In this document: piece after piece, positions 28,692-38,592 of the stretch
How the letters are laid out: each line of letters begins with the position of its first letter
How positions within the stretch are numbered: position 1 is the first letter of the stretch
The notes under the pieces: model-generated
Seen by the model: the letters and a program-made list of their open reading frames with translations, nothing else
Told to the model about the DNA's origin: nothing
Databases searched by the model: none
Translations under genes and position numbers: made by a program
Virus record (IMG/VR): IMGVR_UViG_3300043410_000542
Coordinates: 22,258 to 86,257 of that record
Length of the DNA stretch: 64,000 bases
Reading direction: 5' to 3' (one strand)
Source: a virus

Positions 28692-29477
28692 TTAAGCATA
28701 CAAGCGAAGTACATGCTCAATGATACGATGCCTTTGAACATCTTTTAGTTCAAAGTGGCATAGTTGCAACCCTGGAATCACCCCCTTCCTCAATCGATTT
28801 TGTAAGTCTAGTAGCCCATTGTCGGCTGTTTTTCTATCGGCTTGTTCAATGTCACCAGTAATTACAATCTTACTGTTAACGCCGATTCTAGTCATAATCA
28901 TCTTGAGTTGACCAGGTGTTGCATTTTGAGCTTCATCTAAGATTATCCAGCTATTTTTAAAGTTTCGACCTCGACAGAATGCTAGGGGTGCTATTTCCAC
29001 TATCTGTTCTTCTAGCATGTGGGCGATTTCCGCTGCCGTATAATACTCTCTCAGCACATCCAATAAAGGTCTTGTCCAAGGTTCCATCTTCTGATTGATA
29101 TCACCTGGCAAGAATCCATGTTGTTCGTCATCTACGGTTACCGCAGGTCTAGTCAAGATAATACGGTCTGTCTCACCTGCTTTTAGAGCCTTGATGGCTG
29201 CTAACATAGCAAGATAAGTCTTACCTGTACCTGCAGGTCCACCGACTACTACAATATCTGTAGTCTCATCAGTAAGTGCTAGGATGTATTTTTCTTGATT
29301 GACTGACTTAGGGACCAATGTAATCGGTCTTTTGTCAACTTTAGCGCGGACTTGATTGAAATTTATTGTCTTGTTTTCATTTACGTAGAATGTTTGCTGA
29401 CTATCGTGTTTTTTGCTGTGTGAGTAACGTGTGTCTTGTTCTGTTTTGCGTAATGCGCTAGTTTTTCGCTTGCTCAA
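28692..29477 (-). CDS. phoH: PhoH-like ATPase
   Basis: GPAGTGKTYLA, TRPAV, GFLPGD, RGRNF, DEAQN, TRIG, GDIEQAD; likely TTG start at 29477 after AAGGAG. Confidence 0.93.
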   Translation of the reverse strand: MSKRKTSALRKTEQDTRYSHSKKHDSQQTFYVNENKTINFNQVRAKVDKRPITLVPKSVNQEKYILALTDETTDIVVVGGPAGTGKTYLAMLAAIKALKAGETDRIILTRPAVTVDDEQHGFLPGDINQKMEPWTRPLLDVLREYYTAAEIAHMLEEQIVEIAPLAFCRGRNFKNSWIILDEAQNATPGQLKMIMTRIGVNSKIVITGDIEQADRKTADNGLLDLQNRLRKGVIPGLQLCHFELKDVQRHRIIEHVLRLYA

Positions 29478-29648
29478 AGTATTCTCCTTCTCTAGAGCCT
29501 GTGTGTTCTCATAAAACACAAAGATATTTACAGGCTAATGATATGCGTCAAGTAGTGTACTTTAAACGCAACAGATTTTGATAAATATTAAGCTAACCCC
29601 AGAAGGTTCTTTAATGCTCAAAGTCATTGCAAGAATGATAAATACAAC

Positions 29649-30284
29649 ATGAGCAAACTACCAGCAGACGATTTTTTCAAAGATGTGGACTACGAACACA
29701 TCATTGACACCATTAAGGGTATCTATACCAGCGACGGTTCCATCAGCACTTTGTTAGACTTTGAACGTGTGTTGGATGAAGCAGATTTGTATGCGTACAA
29801 AAACTGGATTCTAGGGGAACTTGTAGACGGACCCATCATCAAGAAATACACCGTAGCGTGTATCTTTATGTACCCTGAAACACTTATGCCCGATCCGAGA
29901 GGTGGCAAGCGATTGACGCACTTGGACTGTATGATTCACTTTAAGAAAACTCAGATTGAAGTTCCAGTAAAAGTTGAAGGGCATGATGACTTTCAGCCCG
30001 GAACTACTTATCCTAAGATGGTTAAGAAGTGGGTTTGGTTAGTTCGTATTGAGATTCCAAAAGAACTAATGAACGATATCCGTGAAGGATCGATTGACTT
30101 AGCGGGTGAGACACTTGATTTAGAAGAACTAGATGATGCATATGACGAGGATCTAGATAAAGCAGGTGTTGAGGAAGAAGAAGGACAGGCTCCTGCTGAC
30201 CAAGGTATGGGTGGCGGAATGGGTGGCCCTGCTCCAGCAATGGGCGGCGCAGCTCCGTTGCCAATGCCCGGAGGACAGATGTAA
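29649..30284 (+). CDS. Hypothetical late protein
   Basis: GATAAATA 4 nt before ATG; Gly/Pro/Met-rich tail. Confidence 0.8.
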   Translation: MSKLPADDFFKDVDYEHIIDTIKGIYTSDGSISTLLDFERVLDEADLYAYKNWILGELVDGPIIKKYTVACIFMYPETLMPDPRGGKRLTHLDCMIHFKKTQIEVPVKVEGHDDFQPGTTYPKMVKKWVWLVRIEIPKELMNDIREGSIDLAGETLDLEELDDAYDEDLDKAGVEEEEGQAPADQGMGGGMGGPAPAMGGAAPLPMPGGQM

Positions 30285-30832
30285 TGCAACTTAATGAAAA
30301 CTTAGATTACCATGATTTGGCTGGACAAGTTATCTCTACTTTATCAGTGGATGAATACTCAGCTAAAGCAGGTACAGATGATGAAATCGTTACATTAGCT
30401 TTCATCGTTAGAGGCACACAAGCAAGTCAGGATATTACTGATTGGTTTGAACGTGGGTATGATTGGGTTCTTGATGCTCAAGTAAGTGAAGGCGAATATG
30501 TACCGGGTAAAAACTTGGTGTTTGTTGAAATGCCAAGACGTACTAAGTCAGCAGAAAGAATCATTGAACTATTACAGGACTTAGAAACTTTGACTGATAT
30601 TAAATTAACCGAATGGACTATTAGCGTTGACGGTGAAGAGTATGACGCAGACGTTGAAGTACTGAAATCAGTTATTATCTCATCACCACATGATTATCGT
30701 GAAGCACACCCAGAGGGCGAAGAAGAAGCAGAATTAAACGAGATGCGTGAAATTGCAGGTATCCCGCATAAAGATGTTTACAAAGAACACGACCAGACAT
30801 TAAAGAATTTTTTAGCAAAGGCAGGATTATAA
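30284..30832 (+). CDS. Hypothetical protein (possibly head-associated)
   Basis: Coupled ORF; MQLNE and LNEMREIAGI motifs. Confidence 0.75.
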   Translation: MQLNENLDYHDLAGQVISTLSVDEYSAKAGTDDEIVTLAFIVRGTQASQDITDWFERGYDWVLDAQVSEGEYVPGKNLVFVEMPRRTKSAERIIELLQDLETLTDIKLTEWTISVDGEEYDADVEVLKSVIISSPHDYREAHPEGEEEAELNEMREIAGIPHKDVYKEHDQTLKNFLAKAGL

Positions 30833-30833
30833 A

Positions 30834-31445
30834 ATGGCAACATTACTAGCAAGAAAAGCAGGAACAGAAACGCCAATCGCAACTGATGATGACCATCACG
30901 AAGCATTAGCATCTGATCCAGCAGTATCAGCATTCCCTACAGGGAGTTCATTTGGTGGAGGATTCGGAAATGCAACAAGCAGCACAGCAGCACCTGGCGC
31001 TACGCCAGCAGGAGGCTTCGGTAGTACCGGTGGCTTTAGTTCTACAACATCAACATCTACAACAACGAGCAGTTTCGGATCAGGTTCGCCAGTATCAGGA
31101 GCAGCAGCCCCTCAACACAACCCAGCAGACTTATTAAAGTCAGGTGGCGGTGCAATGTCAGAAGGTGGAGAATCTACTGTAGCACTAGACAAAGACGCAA
31201 CAGATTGGATCAACAAGAAGATGCGCCCGATGATGGGTTGGATCTATATGTTGACATGTACTTGCGACTTCGTTATCTTCCCAATCTTATGGTCACTGTT
31301 ACAAGCATTAACACACGGTAACGTTACAAGTCAATGGCAACCATTAACACTTCAAGGCGCTGGTCTATACCATATCGCTATGGGTGCTGTTCTTGGTATC
31401 GCAGCATACGGCAGAACAAAAGAAAAGGTTGCCGGGGTAGCTTAA
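30834..31445 (+). CDS. Holin-like membrane protein (GTA 3TM holin-like) with low-complexity N-terminus
   Basis: MRPMMGWIY...TM...AVLGIAAYGRTKEK resembles the RPxxGW...LG...RTxEK signature. Confidence 0.65.
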   Translation: MATLLARKAGTETPIATDDDHHEALASDPAVSAFPTGSSFGGGFGNATSSTAAPGATPAGGFGSTGGFSSTTSTSTTTSSFGSGSPVSGAAAPQHNPADLLKSGGGAMSEGGESTVALDKDATDWINKKMRPMMGWIYMLTCTCDFVIFPILWSLLQALTHGNVTSQWQPLTLQGAGLYHIAMGAVLGIAAYGRTKEKVAGVA

Positions 31446-31449
31446 TAAA

Positions 31450-31485
31450 TATTGACTTAGCAGACAAACTCTGCTAAAATCAATA
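31450..31485 (+). promoter_or_regulatory. sigma70-type promoter overlapped by an inverted repeat
   Basis: TTGACT-17 bp-TAAAAT with extended TG; TTAGCAGA-CAAAC-TCTGCTAA between the boxes. Confidence 0.65.
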
Positions 31486-31486
31486 C

Positions 31487-32290
31487 ATGAGTGACCATTA
31501 TCAAACTCTCGGGGTAGCACGTGATGCTACTCCCGACGAAATCAAAAAAGCATATAGAAAATTAGCAGCCATTCATCACCCAGACAAGGGTGGTGATACT
31601 GCTACATTCCAAAAGGTACAAGCTGCCTACGAAATATTGTCTGACCCACAAAAGAAACAAGAATATGACAGCCCTCGCCAACAATTTGGTGGCAGTGGAT
31701 TCCCGGGCGGATTCAGTTTCCATACTCAAGGATTTGATATCAATGATATTATCGGGCAAATGTTTGGTGGAGGAGGCGGTCCCTTTCACAATCCATTCCA
31801 ACAGAATTTCAGAACTACAATTTGGGTAACGCTTGAACAAGTGTATTCGGGTAGCGAACAAATGCTACAGATGCAAGGCCCTAATGGGGTTCAAGTTGTA
31901 AAGATTCAGATTCCTAAGGGTGTAGAGAATGGACAAACAATGCGCTTTGATAACATCATTCAAGGTGCTATACTGTTAGTGGATTTTAGAATTCATCCGC
32001 ATGCTAAGTTCACTAGAATTGGGCAAGATTTACAAGTCACACAGCGAATCAGTGTTTTAGATTTACTTGCCGGAACGAGTTTTGAAGTAACAACTATTTC
32101 GGGCAAAACGTTCACTGTTGCAGTGAAACCCGGAACGCAGCCTGATGCTACATTGAAAGTAGCGGGTCAGGGTTTACCAATTCAAAATAGTACCCAATTT
32201 GGTGACCAATTAATCTTGCTAAAACCCTTCATACCTGATAAAATAGACGACAGAATCATTGATAGCATTAAACAATTTAAAGGAAACTAA
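31487..32290 (+). CDS. dnaJ: DnaJ-family co-chaperone (CbpA-like, no Zn finger)
   Basis: HYQTLGV...IKKAYRKLA..HHPDKGG J-domain, G/F region, DnaJ C-terminal domain. Confidence 0.92.
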   Translation: MSDHYQTLGVARDATPDEIKKAYRKLAAIHHPDKGGDTATFQKVQAAYEILSDPQKKQEYDSPRQQFGGSGFPGGFSFHTQGFDINDIIGQMFGGGGGPFHNPFQQNFRTTIWVTLEQVYSGSEQMLQMQGPNGVQVVKIQIPKGVENGQTMRFDNIIQGAILLVDFRIHPHAKFTRIGQDLQVTQRISVLDLLAGTSFEVTTISGKTFTVAVKPGTQPDATLKVAGQGLPIQNSTQFGDQLILLKPFIPDKIDDRIIDSIKQFKGN

Positions 32291-34570
32291 ATGCACTCAC
32301 CCGAAATCGAATCAATCATCGAACATGCGATTGGTTTAGCTAAAGAGCGTAACCATCAGTATTGTACTGTAGAGCATTTGTTACTAGCCCTAGTCACCCA
32401 TGCACCGTTTAAAAAGTGCATCGAGCAGTTTGGCACTAATGTTGAGGGTCTAACAGGTGATATCAATGCATACTTAGATAGCCTCAAATCTATCGTAGTT
32501 AATGTAGACCAAGGTCAAGAAGTTGCACCGCGCAAAACTAACAGCTTGGAACGAGTAATGAACCGTTCTGTGACGCAGGTTATGTTCACTGGTCGTAAAA
32601 TGATTACTACAGTTGATTTGTACTTGTCAATCTCAGCAGAAACTAACAGTCACGCCCATTACTTCTTATTGAAGTATGGTTTCTCTAAGACAGAGTTTGT
32701 TCCCTTCTGGCAGAAGAATTACAAGAGCAATCAATCTGAAGTTAATATGAGCGAAGACCAGGCTGACGAAGTTCTGGAAGAATACACAACTAATCTTACA
32801 GCAATGGCACGTGCTGATAAGCTAGAACCAGTTATCGGTCGCAACAAAGAAGCGGAAGACATTGTTAACGTACTCGCTAAACGTTTCAAGTCGAACGTAT
32901 TGATGGTCGGCGACCCTGGTGTAGGTAAAACTGCTATTGCAGAAGGTCTAGCACAGAAGATTATCGCAAAAGATGTACCTGACTTCTTGCAGGGCCACGA
33001 ATTGTACTCACTTGAAATCGGTTCATTGCTTGCTGGTTCTAAATATCGCGGTGACTTTGAAGAAAAGGTCAAAGCTGTACTAGAAGCACTAAACACTAAG
33101 AAGAAATCTATCCTATTCATTGACGAAGCACACACAATGCAAAGTGCAGGTAGTTCAACGAATGGTTCAGTTGACTTTGCTAACATGATTAAGCCTGCAT
33201 TGACTAAAGGCACAATCAAAGTTATTGCAAGCACAACTTGGGAAGAGTATTACGAGAGTTTCGAGAAGGATCGTGCGTTGATGCGCCGATTCTACAAAGT
33301 CTCAGTTGACGAACCAAGTCAAGAATCTACAGTTCGCATTTTGAAGGGCTTGTCAGCACGACTTAACGACTTCCACAGTGTTGAAATCACTGACGAAGCT
33401 ATCGAAGCCGCAGTTGAAGGTGCTACTCGTTACATTCAGGATCGTAAGAACCCGGATAAGTCAATCGACTTGATTGATGCCGCGTGTGCTAAACAACGTG
33501 TAGCAGAAAACAAGGGTGCAATCATCACTAAAGAACTTGTCTACGAACAAATTGAGAAGTACACAGGTGTTCCTGCTGATAAGTTGAGCGATGACCGCAG
33601 TGACCGCATTGTTAACTTGGAATCTAACGTTAAAGACAAGCTATACGGTCAAGAAGAATCAGTTGACAAAGTACTTGAACGTGTCTATGTGTCATTCGCC
33701 GGTATCGGCAACGAAACTAAGCCTCTAGCAAGTTTCTTGTTCTTAGGTCCAACTGGTACAGGTAAAACTGAACTTGCTAAGTTGTTGAGTAAGAACTTAG
33801 ACATGCCATTGCACAAATACGATATGTCAGAATACGGCGAGAAGTTCTCTGTATCTAGCTTGATCGGTGCTCCCCCCGGATATGTAGGTTACGGTGAAGG
33901 TAACTTAGGTGGTGGTCGTTTGATTAACGACTTGAGCAAGAACCCTCATGCTATCTTGTTGTTTGATGAAGTTGAAAAAGCTCACCCTGATATCTTCAAC
34001 ATCTTCTTGCAGTTGTTGGATGAAGGTCGTATCACTGGTAGTAACGGTAAAGTCGTTAACGCTAAGAACACTATTGTTATTATGACTAGTAACTTGGGTT
34101 CTGCTGACAGTGAAAAGAACGTCATTGGCTTCGGTTCACAAGAAAAAGTCGGTGAAGATGACAAAGCATTGAAAGAGTTCTTTAAGCCAGAATTTAGAAA
34201 CCGTATTGACTTGATTTGTAAGTTCAACAAGTTGGACATGCTTGCTATTAAGAAGATTGTGGTTAAGTTTGCAGATGATTTGAAGAAGTCATTGAAGTCT
34301 GTACACGATATCACATTGAATCTAAGTGAGCCAGTTATTGAATACTTGGCAGAAAAAGGTTACGATCCTAAGATGGGTGCTCGTCCGTTGTCTCGTAAGA
34401 TTGATGAATTGATTCGGGTGCCTCTATCTAAGAAAATCTTGTTTGAGCGAATCAAAAGTGCTACAATCAACGTACACATTGGACTCTCTAATGAGATTGA
34501 GTTTGATGTAGTACAGAAATTAGTAGCGAAAGTAGGAGAAGATGGCATTATCGAAGTCACATCCGAATAA
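32291..34570 (+). CDS. clpA: ClpA-like two-ring AAA+ unfoldase
   Basis: Clp N-domain (EHLLLAL), GDPGVGKT, KYRGDFEE, FIDEAH, GPTGTGKTE, LFDEVEKAHPD, GARPL; no ClpB M-domain; IGF loop at 34124-34132. Confidence 0.92.
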   Translation: MHSPEIESIIEHAIGLAKERNHQYCTVEHLLLALVTHAPFKKCIEQFGTNVEGLTGDINAYLDSLKSIVVNVDQGQEVAPRKTNSLERVMNRSVTQVMFTGRKMITTVDLYLSISAETNSHAHYFLLKYGFSKTEFVPFWQKNYKSNQSEVNMSEDQADEVLEEYTTNLTAMARADKLEPVIGRNKEAEDIVNVLAKRFKSNVLMVGDPGVGKTAIAEGLAQKIIAKDVPDFLQGHELYSLEIGSLLAGSKYRGDFEEKVKAVLEALNTKKKSILFIDEAHTMQSAGSSTNGSVDFANMIKPALTKGTIKVIASTTWEEYYESFEKDRALMRRFYKVSVDEPSQESTVRILKGLSARLNDFHSVEITDEAIEAAVEGATRYIQDRKNPDKSIDLIDAACAKQRVAENKGAIITKELVYEQIEKYTGVPADKLSDDRSDRIVNLESNVKDKLYGQEESVDKVLERVYVSFAGIGNETKPLASFLFLGPTGTGKTELAKLLSKNLDMPLHKYDMSEYGEKFSVSSLIGAPPGYVGYGEGNLGGGRLINDLSKNPHAILLFDEVEKAHPDIFNIFLQLLDEGRITGSNGKVVNAKNTIVIMTSNLGSADSEKNVIGFGSQEKVGEDDKALKEFFKPEFRNRIDLICKFNKLDMLAIKKIVVKFADDLKKSLKSVHDITLNLSEPVIEYLAEKGYDPKMGARPLSRKIDELIRVPLSKKILFERIKSATINVHIGLSNEIEFDVVQKLVAKVGEDGIIEVTSE

Positions 34571-35282
34571 AGCAACTACAGGGATCGACCTAGTCGACCA
34601 ACGTAGCACACTTTATTACAGTAAGTATCAGTTTAGGGCACGTATTACGCTAGATGGTTTGAACAGAACCTACTATGCTAAGAACTTTGCGGAGTACCAA
34701 AAAGTTATTGACCGTAACAAAAACAAGTCTAGTAAACGTTTGCGTGAGGAACTTGACAAAATCGATATGGCTAGTGTAGAACGTTATATTGATTGGCGGA
34801 ACAAAGCCAAGGGCAATAAAACTGCAATGATTCGTGTCGAGGGCAACACTGCAGGCGTTTTCAGTAACGATTTGCAGTTATTGAAAACGCTAGAAGCTAT
34901 TGCACCGGGTATTGCGACGGTCGATTACACTGAGGTAGACCAGTCTATCCCGCATGGCACAAAGTATTACGTCAAACAACCTAAACATAACTATCGTGTT
35001 TATCTAAAATCTAAGCGAGTAGATAAAGCATGGAAAGAAAGTTTATCTAGGTTCATTGACAGATACAAGAATACTGAGACGGTTGTGGTTCCTAGCACAG
35101 CATTGAAATGGTGGTTAGAACCTAATAAAAATTCAAATCATTGGTACTGGAATGATAGCTATTGTTCTAGTCATTATTTCATTGATTTTGACCAAGAATC
35201 AACCGACACACTGTTTGCATTGATGTTCGGGGACATGATTAGCAGACGTTTCAAACTAGAAAAACGACCCGATCCTGTTTAA
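34542..35282 (+). CDS. Hypothetical protein
   Basis: 246-aa ORF with AGGAG RBS inside the clpA end. Confidence 0.8.
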   Translation: MALSKSHPNKATTGIDLVDQRSTLYYSKYQFRARITLDGLNRTYYAKNFAEYQKVIDRNKNKSSKRLREELDKIDMASVERYIDWRNKAKGNKTAMIRVEGNTAGVFSNDLQLLKTLEAIAPGIATVDYTEVDQSIPHGTKYYVKQPKHNYRVYLKSKRVDKAWKESLSRFIDRYKNTETVVVPSTALKWWLEPNKNSNHWYWNDSYCSSHYFIDFDQESTDTLFALMFGDMISRRFKLEKRPDPV

Positions 35283-35317
35283 CTATGATAAATACTCTAT
35301 TACATAGGGTATTTACC

Positions 35318-35485
35318 ATGGCAAAGATCGTAGAAGATGTACTAGTCATCAAATTCAGCAAAATCGTTAAAGATTCTGAAACAGAAACTTCAGGAATCGC
35401 AGGACATGACGTTCAGCAAGCATTAGAACAAGTCGCCCAAGAATTAGTTGGCGACACCGTTGTCGTAGAAGTGGTAAGAGCATAA
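35318..35485 (+). CDS. Small hypothetical late protein
   Basis: MAKIVEDVLVIKFSK...; late promoter/hairpin at 35287-35315. Confidence 0.7.
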   Translation: MAKIVEDVLVIKFSKIVKDSETETSGIAGHDVQQALEQVAQELVGDTVVVEVVRA

Positions 35486-35841
35486 TGGCACAAACTACTA
35501 TATTAACTCTTTTGCCTCAAACTAACGCAGTTGTAGTTGGTACTAAACAGCCTGCAGCCTGCTACTACGTTTCAGGTAAGATTATGCAAACAATCACATG
35601 GAAAGCTACAGGTTTCATCGGAACAGCAGTAGTTCAAGCTAGTCTAGTTGACGATCCACAAACTGACAGTGATTGGTTTACTGTGTATAACTTAGTTTGT
35701 ACATTGAACAACGGCAACGGCGGAACATTAGATACCCCTAAATTTGCGTACATGAACATTCAAGGTAACTTTGCATGGGTTCGTGCTAAAGTTACATCAT
35801 ATACTTCAGGTACATTAGATTATTTGAAGGTCTGTTACTAA
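35485..35841 (+). CDS. Hypothetical beta-rich (probably structural) protein
   Basis: Coupled ORF; QASL...DWF...GNFAWVRA. Confidence 0.7.
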   Translation: MAQTTILTLLPQTNAVVVGTKQPAACYYVSGKIMQTITWKATGFIGTAVVQASLVDDPQTDSDWFTVYNLVCTLNNGNGGTLDTPKFAYMNIQGNFAWVRAKVTSYTSGTLDYLKVCY

Positions 35842-35842
35842 G

Positions 35843-38536
35843 ATGGCTACGATTGTTGTTTATGGCGGTGGTTTTCAGCCGTTTCACGTAGGTCATTTAT
35901 CTAGTTACCTACAAGCAAAGAAAGCATTCCCTAATGCCGCTTTATATGTTGCTGCTAGTAACGATACTAAGCAACGTCCTATCCCGTTCAAAGATAAACA
36001 ATTCTTAGCACAGCAAGCTGGTGTTAAGGATCCAATGGTCGAGACTAGAAATCCTATCAACCCAGTTGAGATTTTAAGTCAGTACGATCCAAACAAAGAT
36101 GTGTATATCATTGTTCGCAGTGAACGTGATCCTATGCCATATACAAAGAAAGATGGTAGTCCTGCATATTATCAGCCATATGTTCCGGGCGAACCAATGC
36201 AACCTTTCAGCAAACATGGTTATGTGTTTGTGACAAAGAAGCACACGTTCATGGTCGGTGGACATGAAATCTATTCAGGTACTCAGGTGCGTGACATGTA
36301 TACTAGTGCAAATGACAAAGGTAGAATGGAATTGATCCATGAACTTTATCCTAATAGCAAACAACAACTAACAATTAAGAAAATGCTAGACAAGTATTTG
36401 GCTGCAGGCCCAATAACTACAGGAAGTGCTGTGTCTAAACTAAAACAAAAGAAATTAGCGGAACATATTAAGAAGATTCGTCCTCTGTTGAAAGAAGCTA
36501 CAGGTGAACAAAAGTTAAAGTTAATGAAACTTATGAAATCTGCTTTAAATGAGAATAGAATCATGGATCGTAACGCATTGATTAATGCTTACTATGTTTC
36601 TACAAAAGGTGACCGTCACAAAGTTGCAGAGAAGATTCCCTATTATCTATTAGACAGGCTAGTGGGGTTATTGACTAAGAAATACAATATCACAATGAAC
36701 GATATTGAAGTTCGTCCTGCCGACAAGAATCAATATCGTAGAACACACCAGCCTGAATTAGCAGAGAAGAAAGAAAATGATATCGGTGACGAGTTCACAG
36801 ATCCAACTGCTAAACGTGCATTAGACTTAGCTAAACAACATTATCCGGGTTCCAAGTCTAAACAAGAAGCGTTTATTAAGTTTGTCCAACGTTCATTAGC
36901 TCACGCCGAGCAAGATGATAGACAACAGGATCAACAGATTCAACGTTTAGAACAAGAGTTAGCACAGATTAAACAAGCGTTGTTGAATCAACAAGGTGTT
37001 CAAGAAACAGCATTGCAAGGTCAAGATGATTTAGATGCAAAACGTCAATCACTACAGCAGATGGAGCTTGAGCCTGGTCATGACAAAGAAGCTATTCGTC
37101 AACGTAAGTTAGACTTAGATAGAGAAGCACGTGCCAAGAACTTACAAGAGTTCGCAGTAGATGACAACAGTGGTGACAGTGAAGATGCATTCTTCAAATA
37201 CGCCAAAATGTGGTACAATGGTGACTTGCAAGTACAACAACAAGTTGAACAAATCTTAGCTAATGCTGGTTGGGAAATCGGTGAATTAGAATCAGAAGAA
37301 GGTGGCGCATTCATCGTTCAATCTGGTGATGAAAATGGTGACACTTACCTGGGTTGGTCAGCAGAACAACTTCAAGGTTTAAATGAGTTCGCACCGAACG
37401 GCTTTGATGGATTTGAAGATGACAATAGAGTACCGATGCACTTTGTCGTTGAAAAAGAATTGTATAACCGTCGTAGTAAGTGGAAGAAGTCTAGAGATGC
37501 TGATGGCGTTATCTTATTTGCTACTAAACAACAAGCAATTCAAGCCGCAGAAAAGTTCAACAAGCTAGATCCAAATCGTGAATTCGCTTACGGTGGGACA
37601 CAAATGGTTCATGTAGATGATGAAGATTTAGATGAAGGTTTCGACAAAGAAGAATTCCGCAGACACATGAAAGATTTGGAAGCACGTGAAGAATTACGCA
37701 AGACTGATCCAGTAAGTGCAAAAGCATTAGACTTGCGTGGACAACTGCCACAACAATCTAAAAAGAAACCAGAAGATGATTCAATGAGCATCAATGATCC
37801 ACGTCATCCTGGCTACTCTTATACTGAGATAGGGCATCACAAAGTTGACGAAGGTGATGTAGTTCAATTTCCTAAGAAGCATCGCGGTGATATAAGTGAC
37901 ATGCACGAATGTCCAAAGTGTGGCGGAGACTTACAAGGCGGCAAGTACATGGGGCATCAAGTTCAAGTATGTATGCCATGCAAGCAAGTATATCTTCCAC
38001 CTAATAGTGGTATTGACCAACAGGGCAATAAGATTAAAGAAGCTATCGGTCGTAGAGGTATTCTTAAAGGCTTAGGTGCAGCAATGGCTGCAGGTGCAGC
38101 AGGTAAAGCAAGTGCTATCGCAGGAGCTTTTCCAACACCAAGTCATCAACAAGCTATGTACAAAGCGGCCGCAGATAGTAACGCTGCCCAAGCTCGTGCT
38201 GATGCAGCCGAGAAAGCAAAGCGTGATGCACAGCGTTTGAAACAAGGTACAGCCGACATTGAAAGACTAAACAAAATCAACTATCACGGTGGCAAAGTTA
38301 CTCCTATCAATGCTACATGGGATGGCGACAGTGACTTCATGGATGTAGATGGTACAAAGTACGCTATGGCAAGTAGAATGCCTATCAAAGGTGATGAGCC
38401 TGGCAATATGAAACTTGTATCTACTAAAGAAGGACGTCAAGTTTACATGTGGACACGCAACAGCTTGAAAGGTGTTGTAGGTCGTTACTTCTACCCAGCA
38501 CCAGCAAACGAATCCGACGACTATTTGGACGAATAA
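35843..38536 (+). CDS. Multi-module protein: N-terminal HIGH-class cytidylyltransferase-like domain, about 8 short modules, a Zn ribbon and a Tat-like peptide
   Basis: YGGGFQPFHVGH (HxGH) and SGTQVR; CPKC...CMPC; modules bounded by LNE/LAE/VQE/LQE/LNE/LDE/VDE/IKE. Confidence 0.75.
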   Translation: MATIVVYGGGFQPFHVGHLSSYLQAKKAFPNAALYVAASNDTKQRPIPFKDKQFLAQQAGVKDPMVETRNPINPVEILSQYDPNKDVYIIVRSERDPMPYTKKDGSPAYYQPYVPGEPMQPFSKHGYVFVTKKHTFMVGGHEIYSGTQVRDMYTSANDKGRMELIHELYPNSKQQLTIKKMLDKYLAAGPITTGSAVSKLKQKKLAEHIKKIRPLLKEATGEQKLKLMKLMKSALNENRIMDRNALINAYYVSTKGDRHKVAEKIPYYLLDRLVGLLTKKYNITMNDIEVRPADKNQYRRTHQPELAEKKENDIGDEFTDPTAKRALDLAKQHYPGSKSKQEAFIKFVQRSLAHAEQDDRQQDQQIQRLEQELAQIKQALLNQQGVQETALQGQDDLDAKRQSLQQMELEPGHDKEAIRQRKLDLDREARAKNLQEFAVDDNSGDSEDAFFKYAKMWYNGDLQVQQQVEQILANAGWEIGELESEEGGAFIVQSGDENGDTYLGWSAEQLQGLNEFAPNGFDGFEDDNRVPMHFVVEKELYNRRSKWKKSRDADGVILFATKQQAIQAAEKFNKLDPNREFAYGGTQMVHVDDEDLDEGFDKEEFRRHMKDLEAREELRKTDPVSAKALDLRGQLPQQSKKKPEDDSMSINDPRHPGYSYTEIGHHKVDEGDVVQFPKKHRGDISDMHECPKCGGDLQGGKYMGHQVQVCMPCKQVYLPPNSGIDQQGNKIKEAIGRRGILKGLGAAMAAGAAGKASAIAGAFPTPSHQQAMYKAAADSNAAQARADAAEKAKRDAQRLKQGTADIERLNKINYHGGKVTPINATWDGDSDFMDVDGTKYAMASRMPIKGDEPGNMKLVSTKEGRQVYMWTRNSLKGVVGRYFYPAPANESDDYLDE

Positions 38537-38592
38537 AAATATTTCGTACCCCTCTTTAAAGTGTAAATATTTTCATCTTTAAAGAGGACCAA

